A stretch of 55,298 bases of DNA, from positions 1 to 55,298 of the IMG/VR virus record IMGVR_UViG_3300046167_000533; one strand, written 5' to 3'. Of the stretch, positions 38,061 to 46,679 are shown piece by piece. A program made the position numbers and the translations under genes. The notes below the pieces were generated by a model that had not been told where the DNA came from, did no database searches, and saw nothing but the letters and a program-made list of their open reading frames with translations. This DNA is from a virus. Its lineage: Duplodnaviria; Caudoviricetes. Within the stretch, counting starts at the first letter, position 1, and the number at the start of each line of letters is the position of its first letter.

Positions 38061-39059
38061 CTAAAGTAGTACGTCTGCGTTTTTTACAGACCAGTCAGTG
38101 AAGGTTTGGGATTGGATTAAGGTGCGGTCTTTTGCGAGAGCGTCTTTCATAACTAACACGCCATACTCTGTAGGCAGTCGGTTTGCGTATTTGACGATCG
38201 CCGCAAAGTTTTCTTTGGTTACACGAACGGTCAGCGCACCAATAACAGCGAAGATGACCGAAGTACTGGTCGGTACTTTCGCAGTGGTTGGATTAGCGAT
38301 GACATCATCGATGTCGGGTAGATCTTGGTAGATTGATTTGAATGCAGCGAACTCACCTGCAGCTGCGTCGCCTACCAGGGACGCAACGCCGTAAAACTCG
38401 TCGTGCATGAATGGCAGTTTACGATTGACGTATGCCCATGCGCGCGGCGTTGGGAATGCGTTTTGTGTTGCGTCCACTTGTGACAACAGCTGTGGTCGGA
38501 AACGTAAGAAGCTGATTAGGGTCTCGTCAATGCCGTTGTTTACAGCCCACGCAATCCAGTCATCGATGTTTGATTCGAGAACGAAGTGCGAGAAGCGGTT
38601 TTTGACAGGTGTCGGCATCTCATGCACAGCGGCTCGGTCAGTGGATCGGTTACCAGCAGCGATGAAGGTGGTGTTTGGCGGGCAGGTGTATGTACCAATC
38701 TTGCCAGTGGTGAGCAGCTGCAGAAGTGAGTTCTGTGTTGCTTTGGGAGCAGTTGTAAGCTCGTCGATTAGGATGGTAACAGCGCCTTGGTAGTTGCTGT
38801 CTGGGTAATCCTCGGGCACACCATATCGCGTTCGGTATGTGCCATCTTCTTGCTCGACAACTTTTAAGCCACCACGCACGTCGACTGGGTCAAACAAGTT
38901 GGCGCGGATTTCAAAGAGTTTTGAGTTCAGGTCCTCTGCAACTTGGTATGCGATTTCAGACTTACCCTCGCCGGGTGCGCCGTGCATCATGCTTGGGATT
39001 CGGGCTAAGGCATTCGCCTTGAGTTCTTCTTTGAGGGCGGAAGGACGGATAGTTCTCAT
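38061..39059 (-). CDS. MoxR-like AAA+ ATPase
   Basis: GAPGEGKS, LIDE, AAGN, NRFSH and TPRAW motifs. Confidence 0.9.
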   Translation of the reverse strand: MRTIRPSALKEELKANALARIPSMMHGAPGEGKSEIAYQVAEDLNSKLFEIRANLFDPVDVRGGLKVVEQEDGTYRTRYGVPEDYPDSNYQGAVTILIDELTTAPKATQNSLLQLLTTGKIGTYTCPPNTTFIAAGNRSTDRAAVHEMPTPVKNRFSHFVLESNIDDWIAWAVNNGIDETLISFLRFRPQLLSQVDATQNAFPTPRAWAYVNRKLPFMHDEFYGVASLVGDAAAGEFAAFKSIYQDLPDIDDVIANPTTAKVPTSTSVIFAVIGALTVRVTKENFAAIVKYANRLPTEYGVLVMKDALAKDRTLIQSQTFTDWSVKNADVLL

Positions 39060-39292
39060 ACGTTATCTACTCCTAAGATAAAGGTTTGATTCAGGCTTGA
39101 TGCCATGTCATAGATGAGTTCCCAGATTTGGTTGGGCTCCCAGTGCTCAAAAGGCTGCCAAGCCGTATCGGACACAAATTCCATCAAGCGGTCTTCAGAA
39201 AGGTGCATCCAGTTCGGTGGCAACGGGTGGCTTAGATAGTGTGTCGCTGCGTAAGCAATTAACTGTTCTCTATTCCACATTTGTTTTTGCAT
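39056..39292 (-). CDS. Hypothetical protein
   Basis: Coupled to the AAA gene; AWQPFEHW motif. Confidence 0.6.
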   Translation of the reverse strand: MQKQMWNREQLIAYAATHYLSHPLPPNWMHLSEDRLMEFVSDTAWQPFEHWEPNQIWELIYDMASSLNQTFILGVDNV

Positions 39293-39494
39293 CGGCATCT
39301 CCTTCTAGTGCAGTGATGTATGGATCGAGGGACGACTTGAGTGCATTGAACAGCCAATCATCCTTCGCGATTTGCGCATCGCGGTCCGCGTCTGGGTCTC
39401 CTTCAGTCACGGGCGCAAATACGCCTTCACCGTCTAACCAGTCCGAGTAATCGGAGTAAGGGTCGTCGGTGTTCCGGCAGGGCATTCGACTCAT
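39270..39494 (-). CDS. Hypothetical acidic protein
   Basis: 74 aa, coupled to the upstream gene by ATGA. Confidence 0.55.
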   Translation of the reverse strand: MSRMPCRNTDDPYSDYSDWLDGEGVFAPVTEGDPDADRDAQIAKDDWLFNALKSSLDPYITALEGDADAKTNVE

Positions 39495-39970
39495 GCATGT
39501 CTCCTAAATGAATCGTTTCGGAATTGACGGAATGCTTTGTCTGATTCGATGAACTGTTTCATTAACTGTTCAAGCACGGCTTTTTGGCGTTCTGTGACGC
39601 GGCAATCCATCAGCTGTGTGATTATGTTGATGTTGAGAAGCTCGCGCGGTTCAGGCCGTTTCATGTTTATGGTTTTGCCGTCAGCCGCTTTGATTTGCTC
39701 CGTTTTTGGTGATTCCGCACGTGGAGCTGGTTGCGGAGGCGCTGCTTTTACTTTGCTAGAGCGTTTTTTGCTGGTGATGGTGCCGACTGGCACAGACAGC
39801 AGTTCAGCAACTTCAGTTGCATATTTCTTACTTACGCCATGAAAACACCATTGGCTTACGCTTGTTGGGTGAACACCTAATAGGTTCGCTAGCTCGCCTT
39901 GGTTGATGCCGTTGGCTTTGAGCGCGGCTCGGGTGTTATGCCCTTTTGCGCATTGGATTAGCTTGGTCAT
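39491..39970 (-). CDS. Cro/XRE-like HTH protein
   Basis: INQGELANLLGVHPTSVSQW; RBS AGGAG. Confidence 0.78.
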   Translation of the reverse strand: MTKLIQCAKGHNTRAALKANGINQGELANLLGVHPTSVSQWCFHGVSKKYATEVAELLSVPVGTITSKKRSSKVKAAPPQPAPRAESPKTEQIKAADGKTINMKRPEPRELLNINIITQLMDCRVTERQKAVLEQLMKQFIESDKAFRQFRNDSFRRHA

Positions 39971-39990
39971 AGTGACTCCTTTTGTTTGGG

Positions 39991-40230
39991 TTAGAGGGTG
40001 CGGTTTACTGTGTTGTAGACCGAGTAGTACGAGAGGTTTAACTGCGCGGCGATTTCGCGGTATCCGAGTCCTGTGTTTCGAAGTTCACGGATCGCTTCTT
40101 TTTCTTTTTGTGTCAGCGCTGCACGTCTTGATTTACGTGCGCCCCATCCGTCGTATAACGCATGCACATGTTTGCCGCGTTCACGTACAAATTCTTGAGC
40201 TTGGATTGCTTCGAGGAATTTCTTTGACAA
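39991..40230 (-). CDS. Small HTH DNA-binding protein
   Basis: LTQKEKEAIRELRNTGLGYREIAAQLNLSYYSVY. Start uncertain. Confidence 0.7.
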   Translation of the reverse strand: MSKKFLEAIQAQEFVRERGKHVHALYDGWGARKSRRAALTQKEKEAIRELRNTGLGYREIAAQLNLSYYSVYNTVNRTL

Positions 40231-40245
40231 CGTGTTTCGCCTTTT

Positions 40246-40425
40246 TTATTTGTAATTTTGGTTGCCAGAAACAAGCTTTGCGAAGCTTGCGTTTTTCCGA
40301 CCTCGTTTGATTCCGCCCCAAGTGTTTTTACGCACGGGTTCTACCTGGGGAATCGTGTTGTTCGACGCTTTGGCGACGGATTTGCGGAAAGCCTTCGTGT
40401 TCCGCGATGCGCGTTTCTTGCTCAT
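40246..40425 (-). CDS. Small basic protein
   Basis: MSKKRASRNTKAFRK..., RBS GAGG. Confidence 0.5.
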   Translation of the reverse strand: MSKKRASRNTKAFRKSVAKASNNTIPQVEPVRKNTWGGIKRGRKNASFAKLVSGNQNYK

Positions 40426-40549
40426 GGTCTTCGTACCTCGGTTTGTGATTCGCGGTTCACGGGCACGACGGTCGGAAATGATGATAGTGAAGCAGGCACA
40501 CCATCTCCGCCCATCGCGCCCCCCTGCCGCCGGAGCCATACAGCGGCAT

Positions 40550-40582
40550 AAAAAAACCCACACACTCGAAAGAGTGCATGGG
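40550..40582 (-). terminator. Intrinsic terminator
   Basis: CCCATGCACTC-TTTC-GAGTGTGTGGG-TTTTTTT after the 40594 gene. Confidence 0.85.
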
Positions 40583-40593
40583 CTTTGGTGGTG

Positions 40594-41391
40594 CTAAGCG
40601 GCTTTGGCTTTAGCATTGCGCTTGATGGTGCGCTTGTTGGACAAGTTGGATTGCAGCGCTTCGAGGCGTTCCTGCGACGGGTGGCGAGGATCGTCTTCGA
40701 GCGAGAAGTCTGCGTTGAGGTCAGACTCGTCGAGTGCGTCGGCGCGCTGCAACTGCTTGGCGATCTCGTCCATGTAGGACATTGCCTCGTCCCAGTCGCG
40801 TGTCTGAATCTCGTTGACCCACTTATCGTCTTTGAGGGTAGAAGGCGCGAACAGATACAACGGCTCGCTGTTCGAGACTCGAAGTTTGGCGCTGATCAAC
40901 ACTGCGGTACGTTCGAGCAGCGTGTATACGTGCTCAACCTCGCTTTTGATCATGGCCTGCGACTCGGCGTTGAAGCCGTGCTCTTCGCCAAAGTCGTTAG
41001 CGAAGTCGAGACCGTTGCCGCCGAGCATCATCTCCTCAAGCTCGTCAACGTCGTGGCGTTTGGTAGCGCCTTTACGAACGTTCCAGCAGATTTTGTCCAT
41101 GACATTCTGCAAGAAGCCGTAGAACGAGATGTCGTAATACTCAGGTTTGAACGCTTCGCCAAGCTCGTTGGCTTTCTCTTCAGCGCGGCGGTTGTCGATT
41201 GCGTTACGGATAGACGCTTTGTACAGCGCGTGGAAGATCGTCGGTGCGGCGTTGTCGCCGTGTGTCGCTTTGGACATCTCGGCGTGAACTGCGATAGCCA
41301 TGCCGGATTTGTAGGTGGAGTTGCCGTTGGCGATATCAGTGATAGCGGTTTCGACAATGAGATTAACGTTGTTTACGTCTACGTTTTCCAT
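40594..41391 (-). CDS. Hypothetical early protein
   Basis: 265 aa with strong codon bias, an RBS and its own terminator. Confidence 0.8.
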   Translation of the reverse strand: MENVDVNNVNLIVETAITDIANGNSTYKSGMAIAVHAEMSKATHGDNAAPTIFHALYKASIRNAIDNRRAEEKANELGEAFKPEYYDISFYGFLQNVMDKICWNVRKGATKRHDVDELEEMMLGGNGLDFANDFGEEHGFNAESQAMIKSEVEHVYTLLERTAVLISAKLRVSNSEPLYLFAPSTLKDDKWVNEIQTRDWDEAMSYMDEIAKQLQRADALDESDLNADFSLEDDPRHPSQERLEALQSNLSNKRTIKRNAKAKAA

Positions 41392-41498
41392 GATTGGAAT
41401 TTCCTATTCAAGTTTAAAAAAATGAAACAGATCCTCTGTTTCAAAAACAAAACCGACGCGCCACGTCGGAGACGTAGGCGCAGGTTTACGGGCTTACC

Positions 41499-41687
41499 TC
41501 AAGAGGCGCTGGGCTTTGGATTCCAAAAACCGATGTCCTCGCTGAAATGCGACTCAGCAAATATATTAGCATCGCTAATATCGTCAGCCAAGTTTAAGAC
41601 GTCCACGGACTGAGGCCGTGCCTCCGCGTGATCGATTACTGAATCCAGTAGAGACCAACGCTCTACGTTGAGATTAAGTTCTTTCAT
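41499..41687 (-). CDS. Hypothetical early protein
   Basis: MKELNLNVE..., RBS AGGAG. Confidence 0.55.
   Translation of the reverse strand: MKELNLNVERWSLLDSVIDHAEARPQSVDVLNLADDISDANIFAESHFSEDIGFWNPKPSAS
41563..41591 (-). promoter_or_regulatory. Operator/promoter inside an ORF (TTGGCT-N17-TAATAT)
   Basis: Perfect palindrome ATATTAGCATCGCTAATAT at 41563-41581, upstream of the 41391 gene. Confidence 0.75.
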
Positions 41688-41711
41688 ATGATTGCTCCTA
41701 CGCAATTGAGA

Positions 41712-41963
41712 TTAACGGGAATGATAGTCGTGCAGATCCACTGCGGCTGAGACGCCAGTGTGGTCTTCCAGATCGTCGACATCGGACTCAATATCCATGA
41801 GCAGCAATGTCATGATACCTAGCATTACGTCGCTAGGATTTTCTTTTGCATACGTTGCAGCGCGTTCTGCGTACGGACGAGCTGCGCTGATGTATGCATC
41901 TTTGCGTGCGAACACACGGCTCGCGGTAGCTTTGAGGTTACTAATCAAGGGTGATACCTCCAT
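41712..41963 (-). CDS. Hypothetical early protein
   Basis: 83 aa ORF in the early cluster. Start uncertain. Confidence 0.55.
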   Translation of the reverse strand: MEVSPLISNLKATASRVFARKDAYISAARPYAERAATYAKENPSDVMLGIMTLLLMDIESDVDDLEDHTGVSAAVDLHDYHSR

Positions 41964-42228
41964 TGGTTTTGTAAGAAAGATAGGTCTCTTCGTGATCGAG
42001 GCGTCCTATCCGTGGGACTACATCTGTAGTCAAGAAAGAAGGTGCGAACGGGTGGAGATCGTCTTGGTCTTGGACGCAGAGATATGCGTCGTTCCACTCG
42101 TTATGCAGACAGATGAGGTTGCCGTGCGGTAGATCGGACGAGTACATCATTTCGCGATTGAAGTGGTTGTTGAGCATCGCGAGTACCAACACGATGAAAA
42201 TTATAGAAGCGGTGAGAATACGGGTCAT
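41941..42228 (-). CDS. Hypothetical membrane-anchored protein
   Basis: N-terminal hydrophobic helix; RBS GGAGG. Confidence 0.6.
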   Translation of the reverse strand: MTRILTASIIFIVLVLAMLNNHFNREMMYSSDLPHGNLICLHNEWNDAYLCVQDQDDLHPFAPSFLTTDVVPRIGRLDHEETYLSYKTNGGITLD

Positions 42229-42407
42229 CAGTGAACCTCCGGTTGGTGTTGTTCGGTGTCATCGGTGACAGCGTTGAACATGTAGAACATTGCGTTGCGG
42301 TAGTCTTCGTTGATCACGAACATGACACCTGCGATAACGAGTGCAGCGGTCGTGATAAGCAAAGCTCCGCATAAAAAAGCGAAGAAAATAGCGAAGAAAG
42401 TAGCCAT
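42228..42407 (-). CDS. Small membrane protein
   Basis: MATFFAIFFAFLCGALL..., RBS GGAGG. Confidence 0.6.
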   Translation of the reverse strand: MATFFAIFFAFLCGALLITTAALVIAGVMFVINEDYRNAMFYMFNAVTDDTEQHQPEVH

Positions 42408-42462
42408 ATGGCCCTCCAATTGATGATAGTCATTAATGACCGTGATTCGTGGTTCGCGGTCA

Positions 42463-42776
42463 GTGTGTAGCAGGAACGGGGGGTGTGTAGCAGCTTGGTA
42501 GCAGCTTTGGTAGCAGGTTCAAAACACACAAAATGTAATGAAAACAATGATGTAGCAGTGTGTAGCATGTGTAGCAGGTAAATTTGAGTTGAAGTTCGAT
42601 TTAGAAAAAAAAACGGTGTTTTTGAAAAACGATCTGAACAAGTCAAAAAAGCTGCTACACATGCTACACATAGGGTGTTTAGACCTAAGTGGTTGAATAC
42701 AAAGGAAAACTTTGTGTAGCAGAATCGGAAAAATAGCTGCTACACACCTGCTACACACTTCAAAGCTGCTACACAC
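42463..42776. repeat. Iteron-like array: 13 x (GTGT)GTAGCA(G) around an AT-rich core; putative replication origin
   Basis: Eight forward and five reverse copies; A/T tracts at about 42580-42650. Confidence 0.78.
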
Positions 42777-42962
42777 CTAAATCTGTAACAGACCGCGAGC
42801 GTGATCCAAGAGCCGCGCTTCACGAACCGAGAGCTTTGTTCTCCCGAAGTACTTGTCGAAGATCTTCCAACAGGCATCTCGGAGGTAATCGTTGTCGGTT
42901 ACTTCGTGGCAGTCATCGATGCTCAAGAGCATGCGTTCTACTGGGGTGTAGAATAGTTTCAT
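42777..42962 (-). CDS. Hypothetical early protein
   Basis: 61 aa, RBS GGAG. Confidence 0.6.
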   Translation of the reverse strand: MKLFYTPVERMLLSIDDCHEVTDNDYLRDACWKIFDKYFGRTKLSVREARLLDHARGLLQI

Positions 42963-42974
42963 GGGCTTTCTCCG

Positions 42975-43163
42975 TTACAGTTTCGAGGTGTGATAGTGAT
43001 AGGCCTTGAACGACGCTTCTCGGGGATCGAACCCCATACGTAGATAGCGACGATATGCCTTACGGATTGCTGCCCGCTGGGGCGCGGATCGCGGATCGCG
43101 AGCCTCCTGGCGAGCGAGCGGCGTACGGGCGAAGTGTTGTTCGAACATGTCTGACGTGGTCAT
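42975..43163 (-). CDS. Hypothetical early protein
   Basis: 62 aa, coupled to the upstream gene by TAATG. Confidence 0.6.
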   Translation of the reverse strand: MTTSDMFEQHFARTPLARQEARDPRSAPQRAAIRKAYRRYLRMGFDPREASFKAYHYHTSKL

Positions 43164-43498
43164 TACACTTCTCCTTGCTTAGCGGCTTTGTAAGCGGCGG
43201 CCTGCTCAGCGCGTTTCTGCTGGATCAGCAGTGCAGCTTCGGTCGGTGGCAGTTGAGCGCGCATGGGCTTCGCGGATCGTGGTGCTTGGGGCGCGGCCCG
43301 TACTCGCTTCCACCCGTTGAGTAGCAGCGCGCCTTGTGCGTTGATGAACTTGATCCACTGATTAGCGTCTCTACGTGACGGGGCGTTCAGTGCCCACACG
43401 CTGCCGTTCTTTAGCTGAGCGTAGATTGTTGCACTGCCTTTACTCTTGCCGAGGGAAAGCTGTACTGGGTTACCGATAACGTTGTTCAACTGTGACAT
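43163..43498 (-). CDS. Hypothetical early protein (first leftward gene)
   Basis: MSQLNNVIG..., RBS AAGGAG. Confidence 0.65.
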   Translation of the reverse strand: MSQLNNVIGNPVQLSLGKSKGSATIYAQLKNGSVWALNAPSRRDANQWIKFINAQGALLLNGWKRVRAAPQAPRSAKPMRAQLPPTEAALLIQQKRAEQAAAYKAAKQGEV

Positions 43499-43765
43499 CT
43501 CTGTCTCCTTGATTGTGATTGGACGAACCATTCATCCAATTCATAACGACACCGACGACGAGCGACGCTAGGAGCGAGGCGTTTTTCCGACAAGGTTCCA
43601 CAGATGAATACGGGACAAGGTTCCAACACTGCGGATCGGGGTACGGGGGGCGCGATGGGCCAAGGGGGGAGATAGTCCGTGAGCGATACAGACGTAAAAA
43701 TGAAAAAAATTTTTTGAAATTTTTTTGCAGGAACATGCAGTTAAGCGTGTATGCTCCGGTCCGTA

Positions 43766-43784
43766 TTAATAGTGACGCTAATAT
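43766..43784. promoter_or_regulatory. Operator copy TTAATAGTGACGCTAATAT
   Basis: Immediately upstream of the first rightward gene. Confidence 0.7.
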
Positions 43785-43793
43785 TCATACGTT

Positions 43794-44264
43794 ATGCCAG
43801 CAACCACTCTCGTATGTTCAGGCTGCGGTTCCGCAAAGCCAAAAAAGGAATTTGAGCGCAACCGAGTTCAGTGCCAGGCGTGTCGCACGACCGCAGCCCA
43901 AAAACGCATATCCGCGAGCTACAAATCGTACTTGCGGAACCTCTATTCAAAATCCAAGAACTCCAACAAACGCGATCCCCGAGCCGCGAACCGTGATTGG
44001 CACATAACGTATGAAGATTTAGTTGCGAAGTGGACTGAGCAAGGTGGGCGCTGCGCGCTTTCCGGTGTATACCTAACGCATCACGTTGATGGCTCTGGTG
44101 TAAAAGACAACAACGCGTCAATCGACAGGATTTCACAAGAAGTTGGCTACACCGCTGCAAACACGCAGCTGGTTTGTTATCGCGTCAACATAATGAAGCA
44201 CAATTTGCCTGAAGATATGTTCTTTTGGTGGATCAAGACCATCGGTGATTTCACTTGTGATTAA
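43794..44264 (+). CDS. His-Me finger (HNH-like) endonuclease with N-terminal Zn finger
   Basis: CSGC...CQAC, QGGRCALSG and SIDRI...GY...NTQLVCYRVNIMK motifs. Confidence 0.75.
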   Translation: MPATTLVCSGCGSAKPKKEFERNRVQCQACRTTAAQKRISASYKSYLRNLYSKSKNSNKRDPRAANRDWHITYEDLVAKWTEQGGRCALSGVYLTHHVDGSGVKDNNASIDRISQEVGYTAANTQLVCYRVNIMKHNLPEDMFFWWIKTIGDFTCD

Positions 44265-44283
44265 ATATTAGTGACGCTAATAT
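44255..44283 (+). promoter_or_regulatory. Operator/promoter for the packaging operon (TTGTGA-N17-TAATAT)
   Basis: ATATTAGTGACGCTAATAT at 44265-44283. Confidence 0.8.
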
Positions 44284-44289
44284 GCCGGA

Positions 44290-44556
44290 ATGAGCGAAGT
44301 AGAAGTCATCACTATTGAAGGTCTTGACGCCGCAATCATCGGGTCAACCATTCGCGATGGCCGTGAAGTCCTCGCATATGACATCGACAAAGCTGTCGAA
44401 ATACTTGTGTCCCACGGGTACTCCGAGGAGTACGCGGAAGAATGGATCACGGAGATGTGTTCGAACGAGTTCGACGGATCACCTGCATTTGTGTATGTAA
44501 ATGAAGAACCAGAGTTTCATGGAACAGGCACCCCAATCGGAGTCACAGTCCACTGA
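44290..44556 (+). CDS. Hypothetical protein
   Basis: GLDAAIIG...VLAYDIDKAVEIL. Confidence 0.65.
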   Translation: MSEVEVITIEGLDAAIIGSTIRDGREVLAYDIDKAVEILVSHGYSEEYAEEWITEMCSNEFDGSPAFVYVNEEPEFHGTGTPIGVTVH

Positions 44557-45034
44557 CTTAGTGAGCGAACATACGGAGTTTCAATCGCACCTGCCCTACA
44601 TGGGCCTGACGCGCGGTTCACTGACCATGCAGCAGGAAAAGCTGGTCTCGCTTATCAGTTCAGGAATGACGATCGCGGCCGCAGGTCGCGGCGCTGGGTA
44701 CTCTTCGCCCCAAGCAACCTACGAAGCCGCAAAACGGCCCTCTGTGGCACAAGCCATCGAGTATTTCCGTCAAGAAATGCGTGAAGAGGTGAAGTTTACC
44801 AATCAGCACGCGCACATGATGTACATGGAGGCGTACAACTCGTCGGCAAACGCCACCGAGATGAAAAACACCACCGATTCCCTGGTCAAGCTGCACGGTT
44901 TGGCCGCGCCGGAAAACGCCACGCAGGTAAACATCAGCATCAACGGCACCAAGCAGCTAGAGCGCATGAGTGACGAGGATCTGCTGAAGATTGCAGGTAA
45001 GGATCTGGACTACCTCGAACCTAAGAGCGATTAA
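44519..45034 (+). CDS. terS: Terminase small subunit (putative)
   Basis: LTMQQEKLV...AAAGRGAGYS helix-turn-helix; directly upstream of terL. Confidence 0.75.
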   Translation: MEQAPQSESQSTDLVSEHTEFQSHLPYMGLTRGSLTMQQEKLVSLISSGMTIAAAGRGAGYSSPQATYEAAKRPSVAQAIEYFRQEMREEVKFTNQHAHMMYMEAYNSSANATEMKNTTDSLVKLHGLAAPENATQVNISINGTKQLERMSDEDLLKIAGKDLDYLEPKSD

Positions 45035-46677
45035 TGACAGATGTCATAAAGATCGAATGCGTACGCTGCAAAGCGTCTCATCCCGAGACTTTGTACTCGG
45101 GAGACGACCGTCTCTGCGTGTACTGCAAATCTGATATCGCGGAGCAAGAACCGCAGCCCGCGAGCCCCGAACCGGAGGTCGAGCAGGAATCCACTGTCGA
45201 AGAGAAGGCACGCGCGGAACTTGCTCTACGGTTCCTGACTCGTCGTAAGTTACTGCCTTTCGTCGAGCGGTTTAACCCAGATTATCAAGCCGGTTGGGTA
45301 CATAAGGACATATGTAAACGATTAGAGGAGTTTTCCCGAGATGTTGCAGCAAAGAAGTCGCCTCGACTCATGCTCTTCATGCCCCCACGGCACGGTAAGA
45401 GCACGCTTGCATCGGTTGGATTCCCAGCTTGGCACCTTGGGCGACATCCTGAGCATGAGTTTATTAGTTGTTCTTACTCGGGTTCACTCGCAATGGGCTT
45501 CAGCCGCAAGGTTCGTGGCCTCCTTCGCGAGGAAGGATATAAGTCTGCCTTCAAGACCCGCCTCGACCCTCAGTCTCAGTCTGCTGAAGCGTGGCTTACT
45601 ACTGTTGGTGGTGGTTACGTTGCTGCCGGCGTGGGCGGCGGTATTACTGGTAAAGGGGCTCACATCCTCGTTATTGACGATCCGGTAAAGAACCGAGACG
45701 ACGCGGAATCACAAAACGCGCGAGACAGTGCCTGGGACTGGTATACGTCAACCGCTTACACACGTCTCGCGCCAGGCGGGGGCGTGTTGGTAATTCTGAC
45801 GCGCTGGCATGACGACGACTTGGCGGGTCGTCTGCTTAAAGCTGCCGCAGATAACGGCGAGCAGTGGGAAGTTGTGAACTACCCAGCCAGAGCCGAGGTG
45901 GACGAGGAGTTTCGTCAGCAGGGTGAAGCCCTCCACCGCGAGCGATACGACGAAGAAGCGCTCGCACGGATTGAAAAAGCGGTTGGGCCCAGAGACTGGT
46001 CAGCACTGTACCAGCAGAACCCCGTAGCCGATGACGGTGACTACTTCACCAGAGACATGATCCAGTACTACGACCGCGACGAGGTCGACGAGGATCGCAT
46101 GCGTTACTACTGCGCGTGGGACTTGGCGATCGGTAAGAACGACCGGAACGACTACACAGTCGGAATTGTCGTTGGCGTCGACGAGTACGACCAGATGTTC
46201 GTTATGGACATGGTGCGCGGACGGTTTGACGGCTTTGAACTGGTTGAGCAGATCCTCGATCTGTACGAATCGTGGAAGCCGTCGATCATCGGGATTGAGA
46301 AAGGACACATCGAGATGGCGCTCGGGCCGTTCCTAGAAAAGCGCGTCCGTGAGCGTGGGCTCTACGAGGCGTATTTCAAAGATTTGAAAACTGGCCGCAG
46401 GGACAAGGAGGCACGCGCCAGAGCAATCCAAGGCCGGATGCAACAGGGCATGGTCTTCCTGCCCAGAGATGAGGAATTTACTGGGCCATTAGTCGCAGAA
46501 CTTCTGCGCTTCCCGAATGGGGTCCACGACGACCAAGTAGATGCCTTGGCTTGGATCGGTCTGATGATGACCGAGTTCAGCACCTTCGTAGAGAAGATTG
46601 AACACGTCCCAAGCTGGAGAGACCGGCTCCCTGGATTACTTAAGGGCGAACGCAATAAATCAGCAATGAGCGCATAA
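45034..46677 (+). CDS. terL: Terminase large subunit
   Basis: MPPRHGKS, IDDPVK, TRWHDDDL, YQQNP, AWDLA and HDDQVDA motifs. Confidence 0.96.
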   Translation: MTDVIKIECVRCKASHPETLYSGDDRLCVYCKSDIAEQEPQPASPEPEVEQESTVEEKARAELALRFLTRRKLLPFVERFNPDYQAGWVHKDICKRLEEFSRDVAAKKSPRLMLFMPPRHGKSTLASVGFPAWHLGRHPEHEFISCSYSGSLAMGFSRKVRGLLREEGYKSAFKTRLDPQSQSAEAWLTTVGGGYVAAGVGGGITGKGAHILVIDDPVKNRDDAESQNARDSAWDWYTSTAYTRLAPGGGVLVILTRWHDDDLAGRLLKAAADNGEQWEVVNYPARAEVDEEFRQQGEALHRERYDEEALARIEKAVGPRDWSALYQQNPVADDGDYFTRDMIQYYDRDEVDEDRMRYYCAWDLAIGKNDRNDYTVGIVVGVDEYDQMFVMDMVRGRFDGFELVEQILDLYESWKPSIIGIEKGHIEMALGPFLEKRVRERGLYEAYFKDLKTGRRDKEARARAIQGRMQQGMVFLPRDEEFTGPLVAELLRFPNGVHDDQVDALAWIGLMMTEFSTFVEKIEHVPSWRDRLPGLLKGERNKSAMSA

Positions 46678-46679
46678 CG

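Noticed and set aside
40585-41613. 342-aa plus-strand ORF
   Set aside because: Antisense shadow of the codon-biased gene 40594-41391, which has the RBS and terminator.
42463-42776. CRISPR array or mini-array
   Set aside because: Repeats are only 6-11 bp, occur in both orientations with irregular spacing, and there is no cas operon.
43470-44007. ORFs 43519-44007 (+) and 43470-43736 (-)
   Set aside because: They cross the repeat, G-rich and A-tract control region, lack an RBS and overlap better-supported genes.
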